Shown: positions 37,260-48,300, numbered from the stretch's first letter. The stretch is DNA of 64,000 bases from an uncultured Gammaproteobacteria bacterium (GCA_905479195.1 CAJQLO010000001.1:368694-432693), one strand, 5' to 3'. The notes: generated from the letters alone by a model not told the origin. Program-made: numbers and translations.

Positions 37260-38403
37260 TTTTATTAAAAAGAATATATTAATTAGTGAAAGCCAAGGTA
37301 TAGATCATACCTTAATCATATGCTTTGTTGCTTTATTATCTATAGGAATGATAATGATTACCTCGGCCACACTTGATTATGCATTAGATCAGAAATCAAA
37401 TCCCTATTATTTTATTACTAAACATTTAATCTATTTATCCATGGGAATAGTTCTTTCAGTAATAATTTCTAAAATTAAACTAAGTTTTTATTATGATTAT
37501 GGAAAATATTTTTTATTATTTTCTTTTATTATTTCATTGATAATATTTATTCCTGGGTTAGGAAAAGAAATAAATGGAGCAAAAAGATGGCTTGACTTAG
37601 GTTTTATAACTATACAGGTTTCTGAAGTTTCAAGATTATTTGTGATGTTTTGGATTTCTGGATTTATTGTCAAACATGATGTAACCAAGAGTTTTAATAA
37701 ATGCCTATTCATGATTATTGCATTATCTTTAATTATTCTTTATCAGAAAGACTTTGGTAGTACAGCGCTACTTGTTTTTACATTTTTTTCTTTAATGTTA
37801 GTAGCTGGGGCACATTTAAAATATTTATTTTCTTACATATCACTGGCTTTTCTAACAGCTGTCCCATTGATACTCTATGAGCCATATAGATTCAGGAGAG
37901 TCATATCTTTTATAAACCCTTGGGATGATCAGTCTGGGGGCGGTTACCAACTTATAGCATCACTCTTAGCGTTTGGAAAAGGAGGATTTTTTGGTTTAGG
38001 GTTAGGCTCCAGTGTTCAGAAACTTAGCTATTTACCTGAGTCATATAATGATTTTATATTTGCTTTAATTGCCGAAGAACTTGGGTTATTTTTTTCTTTA
38101 ATTGTACTTATCTTATTTGGTATTATTTTGTTTAGAATTATCAGGCTTGCTAATAAATCATATGATAATAATCTTATATTTGCAGGAAATTTAAGTTTTA
38201 CATTAGGTTTTTTTATTACTTATCAAGCTTTAATACATATAATGGTTAATACAGGTTTGGCTCCAACCAAGGGGATGGGATTACCGTTTATTAGCTATGG
38301 AGGAACTAATCTTTTAATGATGTTTATTTTTATTGGTCTATTGATTAGAATACAAATTGAAAATCGCCAACAAATTAGCCATGCTGTTAAAAGAGGGTAT
38401 TAA
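37249..38403 (+). CDS. ftsW: peptidoglycan glycosyltransferase FtsW (SEDS family)
   Basis: Polytopic SEDS protein. The ORF track starts at 37153 inside murD. I propose a TTG start at 37249 just upstream of the first TM segment. The conserved C-terminal ...GMGLPFISYGGTN motif is present. Confidence 0.8.
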   Translation: MLSDFIKKNILISESQGIDHTLIICFVALLSIGMIMITSATLDYALDQKSNPYYFITKHLIYLSMGIVLSVIISKIKLSFYYDYGKYFLLFSFIISLIIFIPGLGKEINGAKRWLDLGFITIQVSEVSRLFVMFWISGFIVKHDVTKSFNKCLFMIIALSLIILYQKDFGSTALLVFTFFSLMLVAGAHLKYLFSYISLAFLTAVPLILYEPYRFRRVISFINPWDDQSGGGYQLIASLLAFGKGGFFGLGLGSSVQKLSYLPESYNDFIFALIAEELGLFFSLIVLILFGIILFRIIRLANKSYDNNLIFAGNLSFTLGFFITYQALIHIMVNTGLAPTKGMGLPFISYGGTNLLMMFIFIGLLIRIQIENRQQISHAVKRGY

Positions 38404-38409
38404 TTTAAT

Positions 38410-39483
38410 ATGAAAATAATTGCAATTCTAGCTAGTGGCACTGGTGGACATGTATATCCTGCATATACTATTGCGCAAGAATATATCAAGCTTGGCTATA
38501 AGATTTTATGGATTGGAACTAAAAATGGTCTTGAAAATAAAGTAGTAAATAATTCATCAGTAATTATTGAACATGTAAGTTCTCAAGGGATACGAGGGAA
38601 ATCATCACTTAAAAAATTATTAGGCCTATTTAACTTTTTAAGATCCATATATGAATCATTTATGCTGCTTAAAAAATATAAGCCATCTCTGGTTATTGGA
38701 TTTGGAGGCTATGTTAGTGTTGGAGCCTCTGTAACTTCTTTTCTATTATCGATACCAATGGTAGTTCATGAGCAAAACTCAATAGCTGGTACAGCCAATA
38801 AAATTAATTATTATTTTGCTAGACGTGTCTACGAAACATTTCCTTTAAGTTTTAAAAAAAATAGTAAAAAAATAATACATACGGGTAATCCTGTTAGAAC
38901 ATCATTTGATAAAGTAAAGAAACCTGAAGAAAAATATATCGATAATAATCCTTGTATAAATATTTTAGTTATGGGAGGTAGCCAAGGTGCAGAATTTTTA
39001 AATAATACAATGCCTTTTGCTTTTTCTCATTTTCATAGTACTAATATCTCCATAAAACATATTAGCGGTCCTAATCATGCAGAGTTGGTACAAAATAAAT
39101 ATTTAAAATATTCTATAGACGCAACTGTGCTGGCATATTCTGAAAAAATCGAGGAGTTATATGATTGGGCAGATTTAGTTATATGTAGAGCTGGTTCAAC
39201 ATCTATATCTGAACTATCAAAAATAGGAATAGCGGCCTTGTTAGTTCCGTTTCCTCATGCAACAGATAACCACCAATTTTTTAATGCTAGTCATCTAGCT
39301 AAGAATTCTGCTGCTATTTTGTTAGAAGAAAGAATGGATTTTATTGAGAATTTTGTCACTATTGCTAACATTCTCTTAAATGATCAAAAGCGAATGTATA
39401 TGTTATCAAAAAATATACAAAATATATTTCCGTCAAATGCTATAAATATTATTATGGAAGATTCTTTGAAACTAATTAAATAA
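38410..39483 (+). CDS. murG: UDP-N-acetylglucosamine--N-acetylmuramyl-(pentapeptide) pyrophosphoryl-undecaprenol N-acetylglucosamine transferase
   Basis: N-terminal ILASGTGGHVYPA and GT-B fold. 357 aa. Confidence 0.9.
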   Translation: MKIIAILASGTGGHVYPAYTIAQEYIKLGYKILWIGTKNGLENKVVNNSSVIIEHVSSQGIRGKSSLKKLLGLFNFLRSIYESFMLLKKYKPSLVIGFGGYVSVGASVTSFLLSIPMVVHEQNSIAGTANKINYYFARRVYETFPLSFKKNSKKIIHTGNPVRTSFDKVKKPEEKYIDNNPCINILVMGGSQGAEFLNNTMPFAFSHFHSTNISIKHISGPNHAELVQNKYLKYSIDATVLAYSEKIEELYDWADLVICRAGSTSISELSKIGIAALLVPFPHATDNHQFFNASHLAKNSAAILLEERMDFIENFVTIANILLNDQKRMYMLSKNIQNIFPSNAINIIMEDSLKLIK

Positions 39484-39486
39484 ATC

Positions 39487-40356
39487 ATGATAATACAAAA
39501 AAATATGTCTCTAAAAAAATTTACAACAATTCGTATTGGCGGAGATTCAAATAAAATATATTTTCCAGAATCTCTAGAAGACATATCTAGCTTGAAAAAA
39601 ATATTCTTATTACCAAAAACACTGATTATTGGTAAAGGCTCAAATATTGCATTTTCAGATAAGGGGTATAAGCCTGATATTATTTCTTTAAGTAAATATC
39701 ATAATACGCATATTTCTATTATTGGTAATAAGTATATATCTGTTTCTGCCAGCATATCATGCGCGAGACTCGCAAAGTTTTGTCATAAGCAGTCTATAGC
39801 TGGTTTTGAGTTTCTTCATGGAATACCAGGAACAGTTGGTGGAGCATTAGCAATGAATGCTGGTGCGTTTAAACAATCAATATGGGATTCTGTTGATTCT
39901 GTCAATATCGTTAATAACGCAGGTGATATAAAAAATATTTCATGTAAAAAAGTTAAAACTTCTTATCGTCATGTTGATAAAAATAATATTTTATTATTTT
40001 TAGATGTTTTATTAGTTATAAATAAAAGAAAAGTATTTGATGTCAATATTCTTAGAGAGTATTCTGAGCATAGAAGCATCACTCAACCTGTAAAACAATG
40101 GTCATCAGGCTGTATCTTTAAGAATCCCTCAGAGAATACTCCAGCAAGTTCACTTATTGATTCTCTTGACATTAAAAAAAGAAAAATTGGTGGCATATAT
40201 ATATCAAAAAAACATTGTAATTATTTTATTAATGATGGAAGTGGTTCATGTAAAGACCTCATTCAACTAATCCAATATGTTTCAAAATTAATTAAAAATA
40301 AATATAATATCTCTTTAACTAGAGAGATTTGTATATACTCAAATAATAATGAATAA
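39487..40356 (+). CDS. murB: UDP-N-acetylenolpyruvoylglucosamine reductase
   Basis: Short-type MurB. LKKFTTIRIGGDS (FAD-binding), GKGSNI, GIPGTVGGALAMNAGA and the SYRHV motif. 289 aa. Occupies the slot where murC normally sits. Confidence 0.85.
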   Translation: MIIQKNMSLKKFTTIRIGGDSNKIYFPESLEDISSLKKIFLLPKTLIIGKGSNIAFSDKGYKPDIISLSKYHNTHISIIGNKYISVSASISCARLAKFCHKQSIAGFEFLHGIPGTVGGALAMNAGAFKQSIWDSVDSVNIVNNAGDIKNISCKKVKTSYRHVDKNNILLFLDVLLVINKRKVFDVNILREYSEHRSITQPVKQWSSGCIFKNPSENTPASSLIDSLDIKKRKIGGIYISKKHCNYFINDGSGSCKDLIQLIQYVSKLIKNKYNISLTREICIYSNNNE

Positions 40357-41284
40357 GTTATCCGGAAAAAATATTGGGGTATTATGTGGAGGTTGGTCTG
40401 ATGAAAGACCAGTGTCTTTAGATAGTGGTAAATCTGCTTATGAATCACTCCTAAGTAATAATTTAAACGCTTTTCTTTTTGATTTTCAATATGATGATAT
40501 TGGCCTACTTTCTAAATTTATTAAATCTAATAATATAGATCTTGTACTAAATTTAATTCATGGCTCTGGTGGCGAAGATGGTCTGGTACAAAGTTATCTA
40601 GATAGGTTATCTATTAAATATGTTGGCTCAAACTCAAAATCTTCAAAACTTTCATTCAATAAGGTTCATACCAAAGAAATTTGGCTAAGAAATAAATTGA
40701 AAACACCAAATTATCTAAAACTATCTGATAATATTTCTTCAAAAAAAATAGAGGAAATTTTTGATGAAAAATTTATTTTAAAACCATGTGAATCTGGGTC
40801 AAGCGTAGGTATAAAAATATTTAATAGCGCTAATTTTTATTCATCTAGCTATACTGATATATTAAAAAAACTTTCCCTTAATAGTGCTAATGTGCATAAT
40901 TATTTTATTGAAGAATTTATTGCTTCTCCAGAATATACTGCGCCTATTATCAATAATAAAGTTTTCCCAGTAATTAAAATAGAGACAAAGAGAGAATTTT
41001 ATAATTATGAAGCTAAGTATTTAGATAATGATACTATTTTCTCATTTCCTGAGTTTTCAAAAGATATTCATGAAAATATTAATTCAACTTGTATGAGGGC
41101 TTTTAATAGCATCGGATGTTTTAACTGGGGGCGTGTTGATTTTTTTATGGATAAAGATTTATCAATTAATTTAATTGAGATTAACTCTATACCGGGTATG
41201 ACTGATCATAGTTTAGTACCTAAGTCTGCAAAAAAGAATGGGTTTTCATACGATCAATTACTTTTATTACTTTTAGAATATTAA
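40349..41284 (+). CDS. ddl: D-alanine--D-alanine ligase
   Basis: N-terminal IGVLCGGWSDERPVSLDSGKS and ATP-grasp C-terminal domain. 311 aa. Confidence 0.85.
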   Translation: MNKLSGKNIGVLCGGWSDERPVSLDSGKSAYESLLSNNLNAFLFDFQYDDIGLLSKFIKSNNIDLVLNLIHGSGGEDGLVQSYLDRLSIKYVGSNSKSSKLSFNKVHTKEIWLRNKLKTPNYLKLSDNISSKKIEEIFDEKFILKPCESGSSVGIKIFNSANFYSSSYTDILKKLSLNSANVHNYFIEEFIASPEYTAPIINNKVFPVIKIETKREFYNYEAKYLDNDTIFSFPEFSKDIHENINSTCMRAFNSIGCFNWGRVDFFMDKDLSINLIEINSIPGMTDHSLVPKSAKKNGFSYDQLLLLLLEY

Positions 41285-41285
41285 T

Positions 41286-41948
41286 ATGAAAAGAACTATT
41301 ATCATTTTTAGTTTATTTTTATTATTTATTGGCATATATAATTATCCTATTTTTTTTGGCAAAAATCCTGTAAAACATATTTTTAAAGAAGGAATATTTG
41401 AGTATAGTAATGAATCTAGAATAGATGGTATTTTAAAAGAATATATTTCTAAAGAAATTTATCAAATTGATTTACGAAGATTAAAGAATGAAATAGAAGA
41501 AGACCTCTGGATAAGAAATGCACAAATTATATTAAATCCTCCAGATGAAATTATAGTTAAGATATCTGAATTCAAGCCTTTGTTTTTATGGAATAATACA
41601 TCATATGTAGATGAAGAAGGGTTTTTTATTGAAAGTGGGAAACATCCTATTAAAAATATTCTAGAGATATCTAGCAACCAAGATGACAAGGTTTTCATGT
41701 ATGATTTGTATTTAAACCTTAAAATAATATTATCTACAATTGATATTAATATTATTAAATTATCGAAAGATCGTGAAATGATTACTATACTAACTTCAAA
41801 ATATAGATTTTTTGTGCGTCATAGTGATTATGAATCAAAGATGAAAGAGTTTTTGTCTGTATATGAGCAATTTTTATTAACTCAAAAGTCTGGAAAAATA
41901 AGAAAGAATATTGATTTAAGATACCCTACAGGTTTTGCTGTACAGTAA
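41286..41948 (+). CDS. ftsQ: cell division protein FtsQ (bitopic, POTRA-containing)
   Basis: 220 aa with an N-terminal TM helix. Position between ddl and ftsA. Confidence 0.6.
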   Translation: MKRTIIIFSLFLLFIGIYNYPIFFGKNPVKHIFKEGIFEYSNESRIDGILKEYISKEIYQIDLRRLKNEIEEDLWIRNAQIILNPPDEIIVKISEFKPLFLWNNTSYVDEEGFFIESGKHPIKNILEISSNQDDKVFMYDLYLNLKIILSTIDINIIKLSKDREMITILTSKYRFFVRHSDYESKMKEFLSVYEQFLLTQKSGKIRKNIDLRYPTGFAVQ

Positions 41949-41966
41949 AAAATGATATTATAAAGC

Positions 41967-43217
41967 ATGGCAAATACTACAGTTAAAGATGAATTTATCG
42001 TTGCTCTAGATATAGGAACTACTAAGGTTTTATGTTTAGTTGCTGACTATGATGAAGATGGGGAGTTAAGATTAGTAGGCATCGGTCAAGAGTCATGTAA
42101 TGGGCTAAATAAAGGTGTTATTTCTGAAATTGATGCAACCGTAAGAAGTATTCGAAAAGCAAAAGATCAGGCTAGAGCCATGACAAATTGTAAATTTACT
42201 AAAGTAATTACCGGTATTGCCGGGAATCATATTCAGAGTTATAACGGCAATGCAGCCATTAATATTCTAAATGATGAAGTCACACAAGAAGATAAAGATA
42301 AGGTTATAGCAAGTGCAAGTGATATTAGCATACCTGCTGACCAAGAAATTCTTCATAGAATACCTCAATATTTCACCATAGATGGACAAATGGGTATAAA
42401 AGAGCCAATTGGAATGGCTGGTAAAAGGTTGGAGGCAAATGTCCATGTTATTACATGCTCAACAACTGCTAAGAAGAATTTAACAAAGTGTATAGAAAAT
42501 AGTTTTTTAGAAGTCGATGAATTTGTATTACAACCGGTAGCTTCTAGTTACTCAGTTTTAACAGATGAAGAGAAATCTTTGGGTGTATGTCTTGTGGATA
42601 TTGGTGGAGGAACTACAGATATTGCTATTTTTACTGATGGCGATATAAAGCATACTGCTGTAATCCCTCTTGCTGGTCAAATGGTCACCAAGGATATTCA
42701 AATAGGATTACGTACTTCATTTGAAGCAGCTGAAGATATAAAACAGAAGTATGGTAGTTTAATTAATGAGACGAATGACACTGCGGTTAATATACCAGTG
42801 CCATCAATTTCTGATAAACCTGCATCTGAAGTTAATAAACCAATTCTTACACATATGATTACTTGTAGAGTAGATGAGATATTCCAACAAATAGAAGAGG
42901 AAATTAATTCTAGTGGGTGGGTGTCAAAAATTAGAGCTGGCATTGTCTTTACTGGCGGAGGTTGCAAACTAAATGGTCTAGATACATATGCTGAAAATAA
43001 ATTACTGATGCCAACGAGAATAGGTAGTCCAAAAGAAATAACTGGAATACAAAACTTGAGCGGCAAGACAAGGTATGCAACAGCTGTCGGGCTATTATTA
43101 TATAAAGATGAAAAGCTTAATGAAATGCCTCATAGGCAAAAATCTGAAAATCCATTCCTAAGATATCTTGAAGTAGTTTGGAAAAAATTCTCAGTGTATT
43201 TTCAACGAGAACTTTAA
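41967..43217 (+). CDS. ftsA: cell division protein FtsA (actin-like ATPase)
   Basis: FIVALDIGTTKV (phosphate-1), VDIGGGTTDIAIF (phosphate-2). 416 aa. Confidence 0.9.
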   Translation: MANTTVKDEFIVALDIGTTKVLCLVADYDEDGELRLVGIGQESCNGLNKGVISEIDATVRSIRKAKDQARAMTNCKFTKVITGIAGNHIQSYNGNAAINILNDEVTQEDKDKVIASASDISIPADQEILHRIPQYFTIDGQMGIKEPIGMAGKRLEANVHVITCSTTAKKNLTKCIENSFLEVDEFVLQPVASSYSVLTDEEKSLGVCLVDIGGGTTDIAIFTDGDIKHTAVIPLAGQMVTKDIQIGLRTSFEAAEDIKQKYGSLINETNDTAVNIPVPSISDKPASEVNKPILTHMITCRVDEIFQQIEEEINSSGWVSKIRAGIVFTGGGCKLNGLDTYAENKLLMPTRIGSPKEITGIQNLSGKTRYATAVGLLLYKDEKLNEMPHRQKSENPFLRYLEVVWKKFSVYFQREL

Positions 43218-43307
43218 TATCAATATCCTGTCTAAGTCAATAAGGCCTAAAATGCTTGAAATTACTTAACATTTATCAAGAATTGCTATAAAATACATAC
43301 TAAATAT

Positions 43308-44225
43308 ATGCTTAAACAAAGAACATTATCCAGTAAAATTAAGGCTTCAGGAGTCGGGCTTCATACTGGGAAAAAAATAACCCTAGCTTTAAAACCAGCG
43401 CAAGTGAATACAGGGATTACCTTTATAAGAACAGATCTTAAGTCTGACCCAATTAAGGCGTCTCTAGAGAATGTACATGATACTAGACTCTCTACAACTC
43501 TCTCAAACAAAACTGCTAAAATATCAACCGTTGAACATCTACTTTCTGCTTTGGCAGGCCTAGGGATAGATAATGCTCTAATAGAACTTGATGGCCCAGA
43601 AGTCCCAATAATGGATGGTAGCGCAAGACCATTTGTATTCATGATTCAATCTGCTGGTATTCAAGAGCAAGATGATGCCAAGAAGTTTATTAAGATCAAG
43701 AAAACAATTGAAGTGAGACAAGATGAAAAATGGGCAAAAATTGAACCTTTTGATGGATTCAAAGTAGCCTTTACAATTGATTTTAATCATCCAGCATTCA
43801 ATGAAAGCTCGCAGTCGTCTGAAATAGATTTTTCTTCTGTATCATACTTAAGTCAAGTAAGTCGTGCCAGAACATTTGGTTTTGCCAAAGATATTGAGTT
43901 GTTACGTAAAAATAATCTAGCACTAGGTGGAAGTGTTAATAACGCAATAGTAATTGATGACTATAAGGTTATAAACGAAGAAGGAGTTCGTTTTCAAGAT
44001 GAATTCGTTAAACATAAAATATTAGATGCTATTGGTGATTTATATTTATTAGGACATGGATTAATTGGCTCTTTTTCTGCTTATAAGTCTGGACACCATT
44101 TGAATAACCTCCTATTAAGAGAATTAGTTAATAACGCAGATGCCTGGGAAGAGGCAACCATTGAAGATAATGAAAGGTCTCCAATATTTTATAGTACGCC
44201 TGAACCTCATATTATTCAGTCATAA
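43308..44225 (+). CDS. lpxC: UDP-3-O-acyl-N-acetylglucosamine deacetylase
   Basis: MLKQRTL...SGVGLHTG.K....KPA, TTLS...I.TVEHL, and the conserved C-terminal region. 305 aa. After ftsA as in the canonical dcw end. Confidence 0.95.
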   Translation: MLKQRTLSSKIKASGVGLHTGKKITLALKPAQVNTGITFIRTDLKSDPIKASLENVHDTRLSTTLSNKTAKISTVEHLLSALAGLGIDNALIELDGPEVPIMDGSARPFVFMIQSAGIQEQDDAKKFIKIKKTIEVRQDEKWAKIEPFDGFKVAFTIDFNHPAFNESSQSSEIDFSSVSYLSQVSRARTFGFAKDIELLRKNNLALGGSVNNAIVIDDYKVINEEGVRFQDEFVKHKILDAIGDLYLLGHGLIGSFSAYKSGHHLNNLLLRELVNNADAWEEATIEDNERSPIFYSTPEPHIIQS

Positions 44226-44491
44226 TTAATAATAGTCACCTTAATATCATCAATTTTACAAATACTATTATCACTCAATAAATCAATAAATCTCTGTTTT
44301 TCAAATCGCATAAGTGTTGCAACCGAACTATTTTTGCAGCTAATTATGAGTACATTATCTTTAATAGAGCCTACTTCTATATTATCAAGTACATCCTCTG
44401 GAAAGACATTTGAAATATAAGAAGTTAAGCCTTTGATTAAGTCATTCTTATTGATAACATGCACAGGTATGAATGACGATATTTTTTTCAT
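44216..44491 (-). CDS. DUF721/DciA-like small protein
   Basis: 91 aa. C-terminal pattern [43 protein letters not shown] fits the DUF721 consensus (G.L.V.V.SS.WA.EL..K..IL..LN.....I..I). Lies between lpxC and secA on the opposite strand, as in pseudomonads. Confidence 0.45.
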   Translation of the reverse strand: MKKISSFIPVHVINKNDLIKGLTSYISNVFPEDVLDNIEVGSIKDNVLIISCKNSSVATLMRFEKQRFIDLLSDNSICKIDDIKVTIINYD

Positions 44492-44551
44492 AATCTATTA
44501 TAATGATTGTACGATAATTAACTCATTACATGCAAATTTATATAAAATATT

Positions 44552-47125
44552 ATGATATCTGGTTTTATTAAAAAAATTTTTGGAAGTAGAAATGGTCGTA
44601 TCCTTAAAGAATATGCGCCTCTTGTAAAAAAAATCAATCAATTAGAAGATAAGTATCAAAAATTTACTCAATCAGATTTTCAAGCAGAAACTAAATTATT
44701 AAAGGAAAAGTATAGAGAAAGTAATAATCTTGATAATATTTTACCCGAAGCATTTGCGTTGACTAGAGAAGCCTCTATTAGAACTTTAGGCCTAAGACAT
44801 TTTGATGAGCAGCTCTTGGGAGGAATTGGATTACATTTTGGTAAAATAGCTGAAATGAAAACTGGTGAAGGTAAAACACTGGTTTCTACATTACCTGCAT
44901 ATCTCAACTCATTATCTGAGCAACCAGTTTTTATTATCACAGTAAATGATTATTTAGCGGTAAGAGATTCTGAATGGATGGGTGAGATATTTAATTATCT
45001 TGGGTTATCAGTTGGAACTATTACAAGCTCTTCAGCACCAGAAGAAAGAAAGAAAGCATATGAATCTGATATTATATATGGAACTAATAATGAGTTTGGT
45101 TTTGATTATTTAAGAGATAATATGACTTATGAGTTAAGTCAAAAGGTGCAATGCAAATTAAGTTATGCAATTATCGATGAAGTTGATTCTGTCTTGATAG
45201 ATGAGGCAAGAACACCATTAGTGATATCAGGATCTGCAAAAGAATCAAGTGATTTGTATCTTAAAATTAACCAAGTTACACAGTCACTCATAACTAAAAA
45301 TAAAGATGATAAGCTGTTCTCAATTGATGAAAAACAAAAATCTGTTTCTTTGACAGAAGATGGTCATGGAGAGATTGAAAATACTTTTGTAAAAAATAAT
45401 TTATTAGGGAATAACGAAACTTTGTATGACCCTAAAAACATACAGTTACTACATTTAGTTGATGCAAGTTTAAAAGCTAATTTAATGTATCATAAAGATA
45501 TTGATTATGTGATAGAAAACAATGAAATTGTTATCATAGATGAGTTTTCAGGTAGAAAAATGCCCGGAAGAAGATGGTCAGAAGGTCTTCATCAGTCTGT
45601 AGAAGCAAAAGAATCTGTGAAAATACAAAATGAAAATTTAACATATGCATCTATAACTTTTCAAAATTATTTTAGATTATTCGATAAATTATCAGGTATG
45701 ACAGGAACTGCTGATACTGAAGCAACTGAATTTCAGCAAATATATGGTTTAGAAGTTATTGTTATACCATCACATAAAAAAATGATAAGAAAAGATCATG
45801 TTGATTTAGTATTTCTTACTGTCAAAGATAAATATGAAGCAATTATTAAAGATATAATAAACATACATGGTACTAAGCAACCTGTTTTAGTTGGAACAAC
45901 CTCTATTGAGTCATCAGAATATATTTCAAAACTTTTAAAAGCAAAAAAGATAAAACACTATGTTCTTAATGCTAAGCAACATCAGAAGGAAGCGGAAATA
46001 ATATCGCAAGCAGGTAAGTTATCTTCGGTAACAATAGCAACTAATATGGCTGGTCGCGGCACAGACATTGTTCTGGGTGGAAAAGATATCGAAAATGATG
46101 GGGTCAGATCATCTCTTGATAATCCGGATGATGTTAAAAAAATTGGAGGACTCCATATCATTGGGACAGAAAGGCATGAGTCTAGACGTGTTGATAACCA
46201 ACTAAGAGGACGCTCAGGTAGACAAGGAGATCCAGGAGAATCTAGATTTTATTTATCATTAGAAGATAATTTAATGAGAATATTTGCATCAGATAAAGTT
46301 ACTGAAATCATGAAAAAATTAGGTATGGAAGATGGCGAGGCTATAGAACATAAGTGGGTCTCTAGCTCAATTGAAAATGCACAGAAAAGAGTTGAAGCGC
46401 ATAACTTTGATATAAGAAAAACACTTCTTGAATATGATGACATCGCTAATGAACAAAGAAAAGTAATTTATAATCAGCGTAACGATATTTTATCAGCTGA
46501 TGATTTATCATCTATTTATAATAATATCCTTAATTTTACATGCGAGGATTTGATAAATAATTATATTCCATTAGATATACCATCATCGCAATGGGATTAT
46601 GAAGCAATTGATGAATTATTTAAAAGTGATTTTGCTATCGAGATTAAAAGTTCTGAGGTTATTAAGGATGGTGATCATGAGGGAAGGGTAACTTTTAGAA
46701 ATTATATACATAATATTATTTTTACATCAATTCAGTCTAATCTTGATATTTTATCTAAAGATGATAAAAATGAATTAGTTAGAAATATATTGCTGAGTGT
46801 AATTGATGAAGACTGGAGAAATCATTTAAATGCTATGGATTACCTAAGGCAAGGAATTGGGCTGAGAAGCTATGCTCAGAAAAATCCAAAAAATGAGTAT
46901 AAAAGAGAATCATTTGAAATGTTTGAAGAAATGTTATCTGTAAATAATCTGGAAACTATTAAAATCTTAACTAAAATCAAGGTAAATAATTCAAATCTCT
47001 CAGATAAATTAATAAAAGATAAGACCTTGAATGCTAATATGGATAATAATACTGATATTTCAAGAAATGCATTATGCCCATGCGGTTCTGGTAAAAAATA
47101 TAAAAGATGTTGTGGTAAATTATGA
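44552..47125 (+). CDS. secA: preprotein translocase ATPase SecA
   Basis: Walker A (MKTGEGKTLV), DEAD-like motor motifs, and the C-terminal zinc finger CPCGSGKKYKRCCG. 857 aa. Confidence 0.95.
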   Translation: MISGFIKKIFGSRNGRILKEYAPLVKKINQLEDKYQKFTQSDFQAETKLLKEKYRESNNLDNILPEAFALTREASIRTLGLRHFDEQLLGGIGLHFGKIAEMKTGEGKTLVSTLPAYLNSLSEQPVFIITVNDYLAVRDSEWMGEIFNYLGLSVGTITSSSAPEERKKAYESDIIYGTNNEFGFDYLRDNMTYELSQKVQCKLSYAIIDEVDSVLIDEARTPLVISGSAKESSDLYLKINQVTQSLITKNKDDKLFSIDEKQKSVSLTEDGHGEIENTFVKNNLLGNNETLYDPKNIQLLHLVDASLKANLMYHKDIDYVIENNEIVIIDEFSGRKMPGRRWSEGLHQSVEAKESVKIQNENLTYASITFQNYFRLFDKLSGMTGTADTEATEFQQIYGLEVIVIPSHKKMIRKDHVDLVFLTVKDKYEAIIKDIINIHGTKQPVLVGTTSIESSEYISKLLKAKKIKHYVLNAKQHQKEAEIISQAGKLSSVTIATNMAGRGTDIVLGGKDIENDGVRSSLDNPDDVKKIGGLHIIGTERHESRRVDNQLRGRSGRQGDPGESRFYLSLEDNLMRIFASDKVTEIMKKLGMEDGEAIEHKWVSSSIENAQKRVEAHNFDIRKTLLEYDDIANEQRKVIYNQRNDILSADDLSSIYNNILNFTCEDLINNYIPLDIPSSQWDYEAIDELFKSDFAIEIKSSEVIKDGDHEGRVTFRNYIHNIIFTSIQSNLDILSKDDKNELVRNILLSVIDEDWRNHLNAMDYLRQGIGLRSYAQKNPKNEYKRESFEMFEEMLSVNNLETIKILTKIKVNNSNLSDKLIKDKTLNANMDNNTDISRNALCPCGSGKKYKRCCGKL

Positions 47126-48297
47126 GCGATAAAGTTTTAATTGATATTTTTAATATAGGGATTAAGGATAAGAAAAAAGATGCAGTATGTTTCAAGTTAC
47201 CAGAACTTTCAAAAATTGCAGTCGTATCAACCAAGAATAAGTATGCAGCTGCACCTGTAATTTTATCCAAATATAATGCATCTAAATTTAACCCAAAGTA
47301 TATTTTAGTTAATTCAGGTAATGCTAATGCATGCACTGGAACTATGGGGATGTCAAATGCCATAAAATGTACAAAATCGATATCTAAGAAATTTAATTGT
47401 CTTAAAGAAAATATATTATTATCTTCAACAGGCATAATTGGAAGACAGCTCCCAATTAATACAATTATAAAATCTATAGAGAATCATGATTTTAAATTTA
47501 AATCTACTTGGAAGCAGGCGGCCTCAACTATTATGACTACTGATAAATTTAGTAAACATATAACGAGATCTTTTTTATTAAATAAAACCAAGATAACAAT
47601 AAATGCAATATGTAAAGGTGCGGGAATGATTGAGCCTAATATGGCAACCATGTTATCATTTATATCGATAAACGTTAATCTGAAAAAAACACTTTTGTTG
47701 AAAATCTTAAAAAAATCAGTTAACTCTTCATTTAATACAATTTCAGTTGATGGTGATATGTCGACCAACGATACTGTGATGTTAATTTCAACAGGTGAGA
47801 ATAAAGAATTTAATTTTAGTGTTAATACTAAAATTTTGAGAATATTGGAAAATGAGATAACAAAGGTATGTCATGATTTATCTAAAATGATAATTGAAGA
47901 TGGAGAGGGTGCAACAAAAATTATCAAAATAACCGTGCATAAATCATATAATATGTTGCAAGCTAAAAAAATCGCCTATAGCTTGGCAAATTCTAATTTA
48001 ATTAAAACTGCAATGTATGGGGCTGACCCCAACTGGGGAAGAATTATTGCAAGAATAGGATCAATTAATAATATTAATTATGATCAAAATAAGGTTATTC
48101 TAAAAATTAATAATAAAATAATATTTGAAAATGGTTTGCAATCTAAAAAATGCAATCTAAAGCAACTCAATAAGTCTATGATGAAGAAAAATATAAGTAT
48201 AGATATTTATATGAACTCCGGGACGGATATGCATACAGTTTTGACATCTGATTTATCTCATGAATATGTTCATATTAATTCTGCTTACACAACATAG
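47122..48297 (+). CDS. argJ: bifunctional glutamate N-acetyltransferase / amino-acid acetyltransferase (ornithine acetyltransferase)
   Basis: ArgJ autocleavage-site region (PNMATMLSFI, ATML motif) and DGDMSTNDT. 391 aa. Confidence 0.8.
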   Translation: MSDKVLIDIFNIGIKDKKKDAVCFKLPELSKIAVVSTKNKYAAAPVILSKYNASKFNPKYILVNSGNANACTGTMGMSNAIKCTKSISKKFNCLKENILLSSTGIIGRQLPINTIIKSIENHDFKFKSTWKQAASTIMTTDKFSKHITRSFLLNKTKITINAICKGAGMIEPNMATMLSFISINVNLKKTLLLKILKKSVNSSFNTISVDGDMSTNDTVMLISTGENKEFNFSVNTKILRILENEITKVCHDLSKMIIEDGEGATKIIKITVHKSYNMLQAKKIAYSLANSNLIKTAMYGADPNWGRIIARIGSINNINYDQNKVILKINNKIIFENGLQSKKCNLKQLNKSMMKKNISIDIYMNSGTDMHTVLTSDLSHEYVHINSAYTT

Positions 48298-48300
48298 ATA

